A DNA stretch of 64,000 bases from an uncultured Thermoleophilia bacterium (GTDB lineage Bacteria > Actinomycetota > Thermoleophilia > UBA2241): NCBI GenBank assembly GCA_963709845.1, contig CAVPXV010000006.1:229837-293836 (forward strand), in the 5' to 3' direction. Positions 28,182 through 38,442 of the stretch are shown in pieces; positions within the stretch are counted from its first letter, which is position 1, and each line of letters begins with the position of its first letter. The position numbers were made by a program, and so were the translations under genes. The notes under the pieces were generated by a model that searched no databases, was not told the origin of the DNA, and worked only from the letters and a program-made list of their open reading frames with translations.

Positions 28182-29510
28182 CTAGATGAAGCTCGCGAAG
28201 AGGACGGTCGCCAGGACGAGGAACGCAGTGAAGGCGCCGGCGACGACCCAGCGCCTCACGGGCCTCGCCGCCAGCGCCGCGGCGAGCGCGATGAACAGCG
28301 GGAACACGACCACGAGGAAGCGCGGCAGGCTGGACAGCGGCCGCACCGTCGTCGGGTACAACAGCGGGAAGAGCAAGGCGGCGGCGGCGTAGAGCGTGTA
28401 CGCCGCCCGCAAGCGGCGCCAGCACAGCATGAGCAGCACCACGGCGACGATGAGGGCCAGGAATTCGAGGGGGTTCGCGACGACGTCGCTCTGCAGGCCG
28501 CCAGAAGCCGTGTGCGGCCCGTGCAGGACCGCACCGACGCCGTGCGCCACCAGCCAGCGCAGCCCGTCGTACGCGGCCACCGCCCCGTGCCAGACGGCCA
28601 CCGGCGGCAGGCTCGCCGCGTCTCGGCCCCAGTAGCCCTGGACCTGGCTGAACAACCACGGGTCGCTGAACGCGCGCCAGAGGAAGCCCATGTAGATCCC
28701 GAGGCCGGCGGGCACCAGCAGCAGCCAGGCCGCCGCGAGCCACGAAGCGCCGCGGGCGGCAGGAGGCGGCACGCTGACCGGCCCACCCGGCAGGCGCACG
28801 GCCACGCCCCTGTGCTGCTCCCACCAGAAGACGGCGAGCGGCAGCACGAGGAGCACGCCGGCGCTGCGCGTGAGCGCGGCGCCGAGCCCCGCGAGGCCGG
28901 CGAGCCACCAGCGGCCCTGGCGGCCGGCGGCGAAGCTCACGAGCGTGAGCAGCAGGAACAACGACTCGCTGTACACCGCCTGGAAGAAGAAGGCGGTCGG
29001 GAAGATGCTGATGAACACCACGCTCCAGAGGGCGACGCGCGAGCCGCACTCGTCCCGGGCCAGGCGGTACAGCACCACCATCGCGCCGGCGTAGCAGGCC
29101 AGCGAGAACGCGATGCCGGCGACCACGTAGAGGCCGCCGGCGAGGGGCGTGAGGACGCGGAGCGCGAGCGGGTAGAGCGGGAAGAAGGCCTCGCTGAAGG
29201 GGTTCGCGCGATAGCCGCCCGAGGCGACGCGGACGAACCAGACGCCGTCCCAGTTGGCCCACGGCTGCAGCAACCGCCGGGCGGCCCCGGTGAGGACCTC
29301 GACGTGGGCCGGGTCGCGCATCCACACGGGGCGGGCGCGCATCCCCACGGTGAACGTCGTCACCAGGGCGACGAGCGCCAGGAACACGCGGCTCCCGGCC
29401 ACGGCGACGGTGGCCAGCCAAGCATCGCGCGAGAGGCCGAGCGCGTCGTCTGCGCCGGCGATCTCCGCCGCAGCCGGCGCGGCTATCTCGTTCGAGGAGG
29501 GATCTGCCAT
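28182..29510 (-). CDS. polytopic membrane glycosyltransferase-like protein (PIG-V/mannosyltransferase-like)
   Basis: Frame of ORF 28182..29579, ATG 29510; PWANWDGVWFVRVASGGYRANPFSEAFFPLYPL resembles the PIG-V-type motif; more than 10 TM. Confidence 0.5.
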   Translation of the reverse strand: MADPSSNEIAAPAAAEIAGADDALGLSRDAWLATVAVAGSRVFLALVALVTTFTVGMRARPVWMRDPAHVEVLTGAARRLLQPWANWDGVWFVRVASGGYRANPFSEAFFPLYPLALRVLTPLAGGLYVVAGIAFSLACYAGAMVVLYRLARDECGSRVALWSVVFISIFPTAFFFQAVYSESLFLLLTLVSFAAGRQGRWWLAGLAGLGAALTRSAGVLLVLPLAVFWWEQHRGVAVRLPGGPVSVPPPAARGASWLAAAWLLLVPAGLGIYMGFLWRAFSDPWLFSQVQGYWGRDAASLPPVAVWHGAVAAYDGLRWLVAHGVGAVLHGPHTASGGLQSDVVANPLEFLALIVAVVLLMLCWRRLRAAYTLYAAAALLFPLLYPTTVRPLSSLPRFLVVVFPLFIALAAALAARPVRRWVVAGAFTAFLVLATVLFASFI

Positions 29511-29630
29511 GAGAGGTGTCGTGTCATGCGCGGACGTATGAGTGCCGGGACGCGCGGCTGATGAGCACCGCCCAAGCATACACGCTGCGCGAAAGGCACG
29601 GCCAGGACGGCCGCCCCTGAGACGAGCGCG

Positions 29631-29657
29631 GCCGGGGCGCCCGTGAGGCGCCCCGGC
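29631..29657 (-). terminator. GC hairpin after the amino-acid ABC operon
   Basis: Perfect 11-bp stem GCCGGGGCGCC / GGCGCCCCGGC, 5-nt loop, 23 nt 3' of the ATPase stop on the minus strand. Confidence 0.45.
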
Positions 29658-29679
29658 CGCGGTGCGGCTCCGTCTGACC

Positions 29680-30435
<756 letters not shown>

Positions 30436-30490
30436 GGGCTCGCCGTGGGTGTCCGTCGCGAAGACGGACGCGTCGAGGAGATGGCCCGGC

Positions 30491-31462
30491 TCAGGCGTGT
30501 CCACGGGCCCTCCTCTCCGTCCGCGACGCCGCGCGCTTCTCGGCGGCCTCCGTCTCCTGCATGCCGCCGAAGCCCTTGCCGAAGTAGGCCTCAAGTCGCG
30601 CCTGGCCTAAGGTGAGGATCGACGTGATGATCAGGTACCAGAGGCACGCCACGACGAGCAGCGGGATGATCTGGAACGTCTGCGCGTAGATGTTCTGCAG
30701 CCTGCCGAACATCTCGACGCCGCCGCCGATCACCGCGAGCAGCGACGTCGTCTTGAGCATGCTGATCGTCTCGTTGCCGAACGTCGGGATGATGACGCGC
30801 ATCGCCTGCGGTAGCACGATCCGCTGCATCGTGAGCGTCGGCGACATGCCGAGCGAGGATGCCGCCTCCATCTGGCCGGCATCCACGGAGATGATGCCGG
30901 CGCGCACGAGCTCGGCGGCGTACGCGGCCTCGTTGAGGCCGAGAGCCAGGATGGCGACCACGAAGAGGTTGTTCACCAGCGTCCCGCTCGAGGTGGAGCC
31001 GATGACGAGGCCGGTGAACGGCAGGCCCGCGTAGAACTTCGTCCAGAGGACGCCGATATTGGCCCAGAGGATGATCTGCACGTACACCGGGGTGCCGCGG
31101 AAGAACCAGATGTAGCCCCAGGCGATCCACGAGAGCACCGGGTTGTCCGAGAGCCGCATGACGGCGAGCATCACGCCGCCGGCGGCGCCGACGGCCATGC
31201 AGACGAACGTGAGCTCGATGGTGCGCGCCAGGCCGATGAGCGTCAGCGGCTTGAACATGTAGCTCCACACCGTCGCCCAGTCCACATTGGGACTGCGGAT
31301 GAACGAGTAGAGGAGCGCCACCAGGAGGTAGAGGACGATCGCTGCGCTGATCCAGCGACCCCAGTGGCGGACGGGGATGGCCTTTATGGCTTCGGGCCGG
31401 GCGGCGGCGGCCGGCATCCCGGCCGCCGCCCACCGCACCTGATCAGGGCTGGCCATGCTCAT
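30491..31462 (-). CDS. amino acid ABC transporter permease (HisM/GlnP family)
   Basis: Last 323 codons of ORF 30491..32347 ([11 protein letters not shown]...); EAA-loop region [33 protein letters not shown]. Confidence 0.85.
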   Translation of the reverse strand: MSMASPDQVRWAAAGMPAAAARPEAIKAIPVRHWGRWISAAIVLYLLVALLYSFIRSPNVDWATVWSYMFKPLTLIGLARTIELTFVCMAVGAAGGVMLAVMRLSDNPVLSWIAWGYIWFFRGTPVYVQIILWANIGVLWTKFYAGLPFTGLVIGSTSSGTLVNNLFVVAILALGLNEAAYAAELVRAGIISVDAGQMEAASSLGMSPTLTMQRIVLPQAMRVIIPTFGNETISMLKTTSLLAVIGGGVEMFGRLQNIYAQTFQIIPLLVVACLWYLIITSILTLGQARLEAYFGKGFGGMQETEAAEKRAASRTERRARGHA

Positions 31463-31509
31463 CCCGTCGCGAAGACTCGTGAGTCGCGCTGGGGCTCGCC
31501 GGGTCGGCT

Positions 31510-32508
31510 TCAAGCCGGGCCCTGGTTGACCATCGCCGAGGTCACGGGGAGCAGGCCGCAGCTGGCCACGATCTTCTGGTAGGCGCCCTCGTCGATCAGG
31601 TCCTGAAGCGCCTTCTGCACGGTATTGATGAGCTGGGTGTTCTTGGCCACGATGCCGATGCCGACGAGCTGCGGGTAATACCCGTTGGGCGCGCTCGGGT
31701 CGGCGACCACTTCGAACTAGTTGCCGTTGTTGGTGGTCTTGGCGATATACGAAGCCGTGGAGTGGTCGGTGAGGTCGCCCACGGCGCGGCCGCTCGTGAC
31801 CGCCAGCAGAGCGGCTGGCTGGTTCGGGAGCGCGAGGATCGTCATGGTCGGCTTGCCGGCGGCCTTGAAGGCGGTGTTCTGCTTCTGGAGGAACGCCTGC
31901 TGCGTCGTCCCGCTCTCGCAGGCCACGGTCTTCCCTTCCAGGCTGTCGAGATTCGTGATGCCCTGCGGGTTGCCCTTCTTGACGAGGACTGGAGGTCCCG
32001 TCGCTAGGCGTAGTCGACGAAGCTGACGCCCTGCTGCTCGCGCTCGCAGGTTGTCGTACATGTCCGACATGATCATGTCGTTCTTGCCGCCCTTGATCGA
32101 CAGGATGATGCTGTCGAACGGGGTCTCGTTGAACGACGTCGGGATGCCGATCTTCTTGCCGATCGCCTGCGACAGGTCGAAGTCGAAGCCGGCAGGGTTC
32201 TTGCTGGTCGCCGGATTGTAGTACTCCCAAGGCGGATAGGGGATGTCGCTCGCGACCTTGAGGTTGTTGGCGCTCGAGATACTGCTGGGCAGCATCGCCT
32301 TGAGCGCCGGGTCGGTCTGGAGCGCAGCCAGATCGGCCGCGGTCCACGCCGCGGCGCTAGCACTCGCGCTGGGACTCATGCTGGGTGTCGGGCTGCCGCT
32401 CGCCGTCGTAGTGCTGCTGCCGCAGCCCGCGGCGATGAGCGCCATGGCCAGGACCGCGAGCGCGACGAGCGCCACGGCCACAAGGCCCCATCTCCTGGTC
32501 GTTCTCAT
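31510..32508 (-). pseudogene. amino acid ABC transporter substrate-binding lipoprotein with in-frame TAG (31717-31719) and a compensated double frameshift (about 32005-32049)
   Basis: Lipobox LIAAGCGS. ORFs 31717..32508 and 31510..31710 are the same frame separated by one TAG (...AKTTNNGN*FEVVADPSAPNGYY...). DMYDN-LRARAAGRQLRRLRL-ATGPPVLVKKGNP reads EREQQGVSFVDYA in the +1 frame. Confidence 0.75.
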
Positions 32509-32639
32509 GCAAACCCCCTTGTCTGGCGACGCGCCCCCCGGCCCGCCGCTCCTTCACCGTCCGTACAGCTTAGCCTCCCGCGCGTGCCAAGAACAGTGTA
32601 CGGCCCTATTCGTAGCCAGCGCGGCTCCGCGCCCGCGCG

Positions 32640-33260
32640 TCAGCCGGACACGCCCAGAAGGCGACGCAGGGCCGCCTTGGGGTCGTCGACGAGCGGCGCT
32701 CCGTGATCGAAGCAGAGCACGCGGAACGGCAGGCCGAGCAGCTCCTCGACGCTGCGGCGGGTCACGGCCGGGTTCTCGTGGTACTCGGGCGGGACGAAGC
32801 GCAGCGTCCCCGCACCGTCGTGGGAGATCAGGTCGGAACAGAACACCAGCCCGGGCTCACCTTCGAGCAGGAGGGAGTAGTGCGGCCACTCGGGGCCCGG
32901 CGTGCGCACGGCCGTGAGCTCGCCGGGCAGCGTGTCGCCGTCCGCATAGACGCAGTCGGGTTCCTCGTCCGCCGCGCTGGCGTCGGCCGGGAGCCACACC
33001 TCGGCCGCGAACAGGCGGCGATACCGCCACGCCGCCCGCTGGTGGCAGCGCGCCGTGAGGATGACCGCCTCTGGCCGCGGCAGTGAGGCCAGAGCGTCGT
33101 CGGCCAGGCGCACCGGGTCGATGAACACGCAAGCGGTGCCGGTGAGCACCGCGTGCGAACTCGAGACGGCGCCGCCGATGTTGGCGTTGTGGATGCGCCA
33201 GTGATACACGCCGGGGACGACCTCTTCCGCCAGAGTGGCGACTTCCTTGGGCTCGGCCAT
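32640..33260 (-). CDS. MBL-fold metallo-hydrolase-like protein
   Basis: 206 aa; beta-lactamase-fold-like order of His/Asp residues (LTARCHQRAAW..., SDLISHDG, CFDHG); weak call. Confidence 0.45.
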   Translation of the reverse strand: MAEPKEVATLAEEVVPGVYHWRIHNANIGGAVSSSHAVLTGTACVFIDPVRLADDALASLPRPEAVILTARCHQRAAWRYRRLFAAEVWLPADASAADEEPDCVYADGDTLPGELTAVRTPGPEWPHYSLLLEGEPGLVFCSDLISHDGAGTLRFVPPEYHENPAVTRRSVEELLGLPFRVLCFDHGAPLVDDPKAALRRLLGVSG

Positions 33261-33291
33261 TCCTCCTCCTCAGATCCCGGGCGAGTGCCGC

Positions 33292-33801
33292 TCACCAGCG
33301 CTCGTACTTGACGAGCTCCGCGAGCGGCCGGCGGCTGGTGCCCGCGGCCTCCTTGGCGGGGTGCCCGAGGGGCGTGAAGGCGATGGGCTCGACGTCGTCG
33401 GGAAGGCCGAGCACCTCCCGCGCCGCCGCGGGGTCGAAGGCCGCCACCCAGCAGGTCCCCAGCCCCAGGCTGGTGGCGGCGAGGACGAGGTGGTCCATGA
33501 CGATGCTGGCATCGACTTCGTCATAGGGCTTGTCGTCCATGCGCCGCCACGCCTCCGCGGGCACGGCGATCACACCCACGACGAGCGGAGCCGCGACGAA
33601 CCAGCGGCGCCCGTAGATGCGCATCAGCTCTTCCTCGCGCCCGGCGGTGTGGACGACGACGAGGCGGAACGGCTGCCGGTTGGCGGCGGTGGGCGCCTGC
33701 CGCGCCGCCTCCAGCACCTGCGCCAATGTGGCGTCGTCCACCGGGTCCGGGCGATACCCGCGCACGCTGTAGCGGGCCCTGATCGTCTCCAGAGTATCCA
33801 C
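33292..33801 (-). CDS. nitroreductase-family protein
   Basis: 169 aa; RYSVRGYRPDPV, APTAANRQPFRLVVV, LGLGTCWV motifs. Confidence 0.8.
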   Translation of the reverse strand: MDTLETIRARYSVRGYRPDPVDDATLAQVLEAARQAPTAANRQPFRLVVVHTAGREEELMRIYGRRWFVAAPLVVGVIAVPAEAWRRMDDKPYDEVDASIVMDHLVLAATSLGLGTCWVAAFDPAAAREVLGLPDDVEPIAFTPLGHPAKEAAGTSRRPLAELVKYERW

Positions 33802-33999
33802 GGCCCCTCCTTGCCGGCCCCACGGCGGGCTCGCCGCCGCGGCTTGCGAGTCACCCGCATGCTAGCACGCGGCGGGCGTCCCGAAGGAGCGTTCGCGCGG
33901 ACCACTCATCTTCGCCGAGGGGCATGGCGCCTTAACACGCACCTAACGCGCCGTGGGTACCCTGCCTCGTGACCGGCGGCACAAGGAGAGAGACGGACG

Positions 34000-34848
34000 G
34001 TGGACCAGCAGACACAGACCCGCATCGCGCTCGACCCCTCGGAGGACATGATCCGCGAGGCATGGCGCATCGTCGACGAGGCGCGGGAGCGCGGCGTCAC
34101 CTTGCGCCTTCTGGGCGGGATGGCCGTGCGAAGTCACCGCACCGACCAGCAGTTCTGCGCACGACCGCACGCCGATATCGACATGGCGGGGCTCTTTCGC
34201 CAGGCCGGCGAGATCACCGAGCTGATGCAGGAGATCGGCTATCGCGAGAACGCCGATGTGCGCCTCGCGACGGACTACCGGCAACGACAGTTCGTGCGCC
34301 CGTGCCGCCACGTCCACGCGGAGACCGGGCGGCCCATCCACGACGACGACCACGTGGACGTGTTCCTCGACGCGCTGCGCATGGACCACGACATCCCGCT
34401 CAAGGACAGGCTGGGACTCAATGAGTTCACCATCCCGCTCAGCGATCTGCTGCTCACCAAGCTCCAGGTACATCGGCGCACGGACAAGGACGTGCGTGAC
34501 ATCCTGGCGCTGCTCAAGGACAACGACGTGGGCTACGAAGAGCGGCCGGGCGTCGTGGACGCCACCTACATCGCCCGGCGTTGCGCCGACGAGTGGGGCC
34601 TCTTCCACGACGTGGTCACGAGCCTCGACGTCTGCGAGAGGATGGCGGCCGACTACGAGCTGAGCGAGGCCGACCGCGAGCGCGTCGTTCTCAACGGCGC
34701 GCGCCTCGTGGGCGCGCTCGACTCCGCACCCAAGAGCCTGAGCTGGCGGCTGCGCGCCCGCGTGGGCACGCGCATCCGCTGGCACCAGATCGTCGAGGAT
34801 CAGGACTCGGCGCCGCCGCGAGCGACGAGCGGGCCGCCCCTGGCATAG
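34000..34848 (+). CDS. Pol-beta-superfamily nucleotidyltransferase-like protein (uncharacterised; NTP_transf_5/AbiEii-like fold guess)
   Basis: 282 aa; LRLLGGMAVRSH...HADIDMA...HVDVF (G[GS]-x-DxD-x-D pattern) plus helical C-domain; clear paralog of residues about 385-675 of ORF 38443..40470. Confidence 0.55.
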   Translation: MDQQTQTRIALDPSEDMIREAWRIVDEARERGVTLRLLGGMAVRSHRTDQQFCARPHADIDMAGLFRQAGEITELMQEIGYRENADVRLATDYRQRQFVRPCRHVHAETGRPIHDDDHVDVFLDALRMDHDIPLKDRLGLNEFTIPLSDLLLTKLQVHRRTDKDVRDILALLKDNDVGYEERPGVVDATYIARRCADEWGLFHDVVTSLDVCERMAADYELSEADRERVVLNGARLVGALDSAPKSLSWRLRARVGTRIRWHQIVEDQDSAPPRATSGPPLA

Positions 34849-34857
34849 ACTCTGGGG

Positions 34858-35793
34858 GTGGCCCGCCACGGGCCGCTCTCTCGGGAGGTGACCGTGTCGC
34901 GCAAGGGCTGGACGTTGTTCGCGGCCCTGTGCCTCATCTGGGGGATCCCCTACCTGCTCATCCGCGTCGCCGTGCGCGACTTCTCGCCGCCGGCGCTGGT
35001 GTTCTTCCGCACGGCGCCGGCGGCGCTCATCCTGGCGCCGTTCGCGCTCCGGCGCGGCGCGCTGCGGCCGTTGTTATCGCGTTGGCGCTGGGTGCTCGGC
35101 TACACGCTCGTGGAGCTCGCCGTCCCCTGGCTGCTCCTCTTCCACGCGGAAGAGCGCCTCACGAGCTCGATGGCGGGCCTGCTCATCGCCGCGGTGCCCC
35201 TCATCGCGGCGGTTCTCTACCGGCTCGCGGGCGCCCACGACCCGGTGGACGCGCGCCGCGTCACGGGTCTCATCATCGGCTTCGTGGGCGTGGCGGCGCT
35301 GGTCGGCATCGACCTCAGCGGCTCGGCGCCTCTGGCCGTGGTCGAGGTCCTGCTGGTCGCGGTCTGCTACGCGACCGGCCCGCTGGTGATCAGCCGCAAG
35401 CTCGCCGATCTCCCGAGTCTGCAGGTGATCACCGCCTCGCTGGTCATCGCGGCGGCCCTGTACGCCGTGCCGGCGCTCGCCACCCTGCCCACCTCCGTGT
35501 CCGCGCAGAGCCTTGCCGCGGTCGCCGGCCTCAGCGTGGTGTGCACGGCGGTCGCCTTCGTCGTGTTCTTCGCGCTCATCCGCGAGGTCGGGCCCTCGCG
35601 CTCCACGGTCATCACCTACGTCAACCCGCTGGTGGCCGTGCTGCTCGGAGTCGCGGTACTCAGCGAACCCTTCACGCTCGGCATCGCCGTGGGCATGCCG
35701 TTGATCCTCGCCGGCTCGGTACTGGGCACGGCGCCTTCGCTCAGGCGCATTCCGGAAGAGGCCGGAGCGACCTCCGGCCCGCCGTCTCCTTAG
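34858..35793 (+). CDS. EamA/DMT-family transporter
   Basis: 311 aa, 10 TM, LCLIWGIPYLLIRVAV and two EamA repeats. Confidence 0.8.
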   Translation: MARHGPLSREVTVSRKGWTLFAALCLIWGIPYLLIRVAVRDFSPPALVFFRTAPAALILAPFALRRGALRPLLSRWRWVLGYTLVELAVPWLLLFHAEERLTSSMAGLLIAAVPLIAAVLYRLAGAHDPVDARRVTGLIIGFVGVAALVGIDLSGSAPLAVVEVLLVAVCYATGPLVISRKLADLPSLQVITASLVIAAALYAVPALATLPTSVSAQSLAAVAGLSVVCTAVAFVVFFALIREVGPSRSTVITYVNPLVAVLLGVAVLSEPFTLGIAVGMPLILAGSVLGTAPSLRRIPEEAGATSGPPSP

Positions 35794-35827
35794 GCGCGCG
35801 TATCCGGCTCGGCGATGGGGTCCCCCA

Positions 35828-36151
35828 TCAGTCGCCCGCGGTCAGCACTTCGTCGATCCATGCGCTCCCCGCCATCGCCGCCGGGAACCCGCAGGTCGTG
35901 ATGGCGAGCAGCGCCACCTGTCGGACCTCGTCCGGGGTGGCACCAGCAGCCACCGCCTTGCGCGCGTTGGAGCGCACGGAGCCCTCGGCCGATGCGCCGA
36001 CCGCCAGGCCGAGCTTCACCAGGCGCGCGGTGCGCTCGTCGAGGGGGCCGGCGGTATCGACGGCCTCGCCCAGCCCGTCGAGCGCGGAGGCCACGGCGGG
36101 GAAGCCGCCGCGGAACTTGAGATAGATCTCAGGAAGATGCTCGGCGCCCAT
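35828..36151 (-). CDS. carboxymuconolactone decarboxylase (AhpD-like) family protein
   Basis: Last 107 codons of ORF 35828..36397 (MGAEHLPEIYLKF...); LDERTARLVKLGLAVG...GATPDEVRQVALLAITTCGFPA. Confidence 0.7.
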   Translation of the reverse strand: MGAEHLPEIYLKFRGGFPAVASALDGLGEAVDTAGPLDERTARLVKLGLAVGASAEGSVRSNARKAVAAGATPDEVRQVALLAITTCGFPAAMAGSAWIDEVLTAGD

Positions 36152-36326
36152 GGTTCCCTCCACGTCCCGCGCGTTCGCGGCCCGATGCCGCAGTGACGGG
36201 GTAGTCATTTCCCGCCGGGCCGCCGCACAAACGGAGCGCCAGGCGGCGGTAGACAAGTCGCGATCAAGGCAACACTCCCGCAGTAAGACGAGATTATCGA
36301 CCGACTCTCGAGCGAATGGAGCAGTC

Positions 36327-36749
36327 ATGAGCACGAGCACCGCGACGGGCAGCGGCACGCGCGAGGATCCCTGGGTGCTGAGCACCCCGCCAGGCACATC
36401 CCAGTACCAGGCCTACCGTGACGAGGGGGCGGACCCCCCGGCCCTGGTCGTCACCGTCGGCAAGACGGAGCTGCGCTATCAGCTGCGCTGCCTCGACGAC
36501 CTGAGCGCCATGCTCGCTGCTCGCGGCGACTGGGTGCCGCTCGGCAGCGCCGACGAGCAGAAGCCCGCTGCCGAGGGCACGGTCGAGGCGTGGGCACGCG
36601 CGGCCGACAACCCGGTCGGCGGCTGGTACGGGCTCAAGAAGGGCTTGCGCGGGCGCTTCGCCAACTACGTGCCGCCGGTGATGGAAGCCCTGGGCCTCGC
36701 CGAGGTCGAGCACGAGGCCCGCAACAACCGCATGCGGACGCGGGGCTGA
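36327..36749 (+). CDS. conserved hypothetical protein (about 140 aa)
   Basis: MSTSTATGSGTREDPWVLSTPPGTSQYQAYRDE...GTVEAWARAADNPVGGWYGLKKGLRGRFANYVPPVMEALGLAEVEHEARNNRMR; recurring bacterial family of unknown function from memory. Confidence 0.5.
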   Translation: MSTSTATGSGTREDPWVLSTPPGTSQYQAYRDEGADPPALVVTVGKTELRYQLRCLDDLSAMLAARGDWVPLGSADEQKPAAEGTVEAWARAADNPVGGWYGLKKGLRGRFANYVPPVMEALGLAEVEHEARNNRMRTRG

Positions 36750-36783
36750 CCTCGCCGTCGAGCTGGAGCCGGCGCGCCCGTCG

Positions 36784-37611
36784 CTAGAGCAGATCCTCCA
36801 GCTCGGGAGTCTCCGCCGGCGGCGCGATTGTGAGCGACTCCCCGGGGTCGAGGAGACGCACGTCTACCTCCGGCGCCATCTCGGCCGCCAGCGCCGCGAA
36901 CGCCTCGGGCCGCTTCCGCGTCTTCTGGAACCACGCGTAGGTCGCCTGCCTGCCCGCGTAGGCCGATCCGGGCACGTAGAGAGTGCCCCAATGGATGGGG
37001 ACCGCCATGCGCGGGCGCAGAAGCTTGAGGGCGCTGGCCGCGGAGCGCGGGCTCAGGTGCCGTCCCTCCGGCGGGCGCACGCCCCACGTCTCGATGGGCA
37101 GCAGCGCGAGGTCGATGCGCTCGTGCAGCGTCTCCATGCCGTGGAACAGAGCGGTGTCGCCGGCGAAATACACTGTGGACGAGCCCTGGATGATGAAGCC
37201 CAGTGGCTCGGTCGCCGGCGAGAGCACCCAGCGCCGTTTCGTGTGCTTGGCGTGCACCGTGAGGATCTCGACGTCTCCGACGTGCAGCAGGGCGTCGCGG
37301 CGCGTCTCGATCACCGTCTTGAACCCGAGTCTGTGGACGGTGCGCCCCACGAGCGGCGGACCGATGACCACGGCCGACTTGGGCACCATCTTGAGCGACG
37401 ACGTGTCCAGGTGGTCGAGGTGCAGGTGCGAGATGAGCACGGCGTCGATGCGATGAGCGGTGGACGGATCGGGCAGATCGCCATAGCGGCGCAGCGCGCC
37501 GGTCCATCGTTTGAGCGACGGATCGGTGAGGATCCTGGCGCCGTCCATCTCCACGAGGACCGTCCCGTGGCCCACGTAGGTCACGCGCGCCGGCTGGGTC
37601 GCCACAAGCAC
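36784..37611 (-). CDS. MBL-fold metallo-hydrolase
   Basis: 275 aa; VLISHLHLDHLD (HxHxDH), later His/Asp ligands (HAKHT, AGDTALF, PIHWG). Confidence 0.8.
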   Translation of the reverse strand: MLVATQPARVTYVGHGTVLVEMDGARILTDPSLKRWTGALRRYGDLPDPSTAHRIDAVLISHLHLDHLDTSSLKMVPKSAVVIGPPLVGRTVHRLGFKTVIETRRDALLHVGDVEILTVHAKHTKRRWVLSPATEPLGFIIQGSSTVYFAGDTALFHGMETLHERIDLALLPIETWGVRPPEGRHLSPRSAASALKLLRPRMAVPIHWGTLYVPGSAYAGRQATYAWFQKTRKRPEAFAALAAEMAPEVDVRLLDPGESLTIAPPAETPELEDLL

Positions 37612-37757
37612 CTCCCTCTCTCGCGTTCGCGCCGGTGACGCTGTGAGGCGATTCTACCCCGCGGGACGATTCCCGCGAGAGACCTGGGCGTCGCACCCCC
37701 GTGCGTGGCCTGTAGCGGCTCGCCGGCCGGCGGCCAAGGGCGAGCGGACGCGCGACC

Positions 37758-38423
37758 CTAGGGTTTGAGGGGGCAGTCGCGCCAGGCGGGGGGCGAGAGG
37801 CTGTCGTCCTCGAGGAGGGCCAGGGCCGCCTCCAGCACCGCGCGTTGCGCGCGCGGCTCGTCCGGCGGCCCAAGCGCGTAGCCGTGGAGGAAGGGCGCCC
37901 ACAGTGTCCGCGGCGCCGGCTCCTCCCCGCCCGCGGTGTGCAGGAGCGACAGCGCGACAGTGGCAACGCCGCAGCGTTCAAGCTCACGCGCCACCAGCCC
38001 GACGGGCCGGCTGCACAGCGGTCAAGTGGGGATCAGCAGCGCGGCGTCGGCGCGGTCGGCGAGAAGCGTGACGGCCGCCGCGGCGGCGGCGCGCCCGACC
38101 GCGCGCCGGCTCGCCGCCATGGGCCCGCCGAGCCCAAGGTGCCGCGGCGCGAGCTCGCCCAGGCGCCCGTCGCCGACGGCGTCGCGCAGGCGGTCCAGGC
38201 CCATGGCAAGGTTGCGGTCGAGGTTGGCGGAGCCCGGGTCGGCCGCTCCCGCCGAGGGCCGCCAGAGCGACCTGGTGTCCACGTCGGCCGGCACCTGGCG
38301 CCACTCGGGCTTGCCTGTGGTCACCCCGGGCTGCCGGCCGCGGCCGCGCGTGAAGCAGACGGAGACCGCGATCAGCGCCAGACGCGACTCGGCGAGCGGC
38401 CGGCGCAGGCGCGACCACGGCAT
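37758..38423 (-). CDS. GrdB-like (glycine/sarcosine/betaine/D-proline reductase selenoprotein B family) protein with in-frame TGA at 38022-38024: candidate selenoprotein or nonsense pseudogene
   Basis: ORFs 38022..38450 and 37758..37994 are one frame split by a single TGA: ...DRADAALLIPT-TGA-PLCSRPVGLVARELERCGVATVALSLL...; ATG 38423 (alternative TTG 38450, overlapping the Fic stop). Confidence 0.55.
37995..38013 (-). promoter_or_regulatory. SECIS-like hairpin 8 nt 3' of the in-frame UGA
   Basis: mRNA UGA-CCGCUGUG-CAGCC-GGCCCGUCG-GGCUG: 5 GC-rich bp, 9-nt loop starting GG, loop begins 16 nt after the U of UGA (alternative fold 7 bp with one bulge). Confidence 0.3.
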
Positions 38424-38442
38424 GGGCTCGCGCCCGGTGCCG

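Noticed and set aside
31717-31719. In-frame TAG as pyrrolysine
   Set aside because: The gene is an ordinary solute-binding lipoprotein, no pyl genes or methylamine methyltransferase context are present, and the same gene carries frameshifts.
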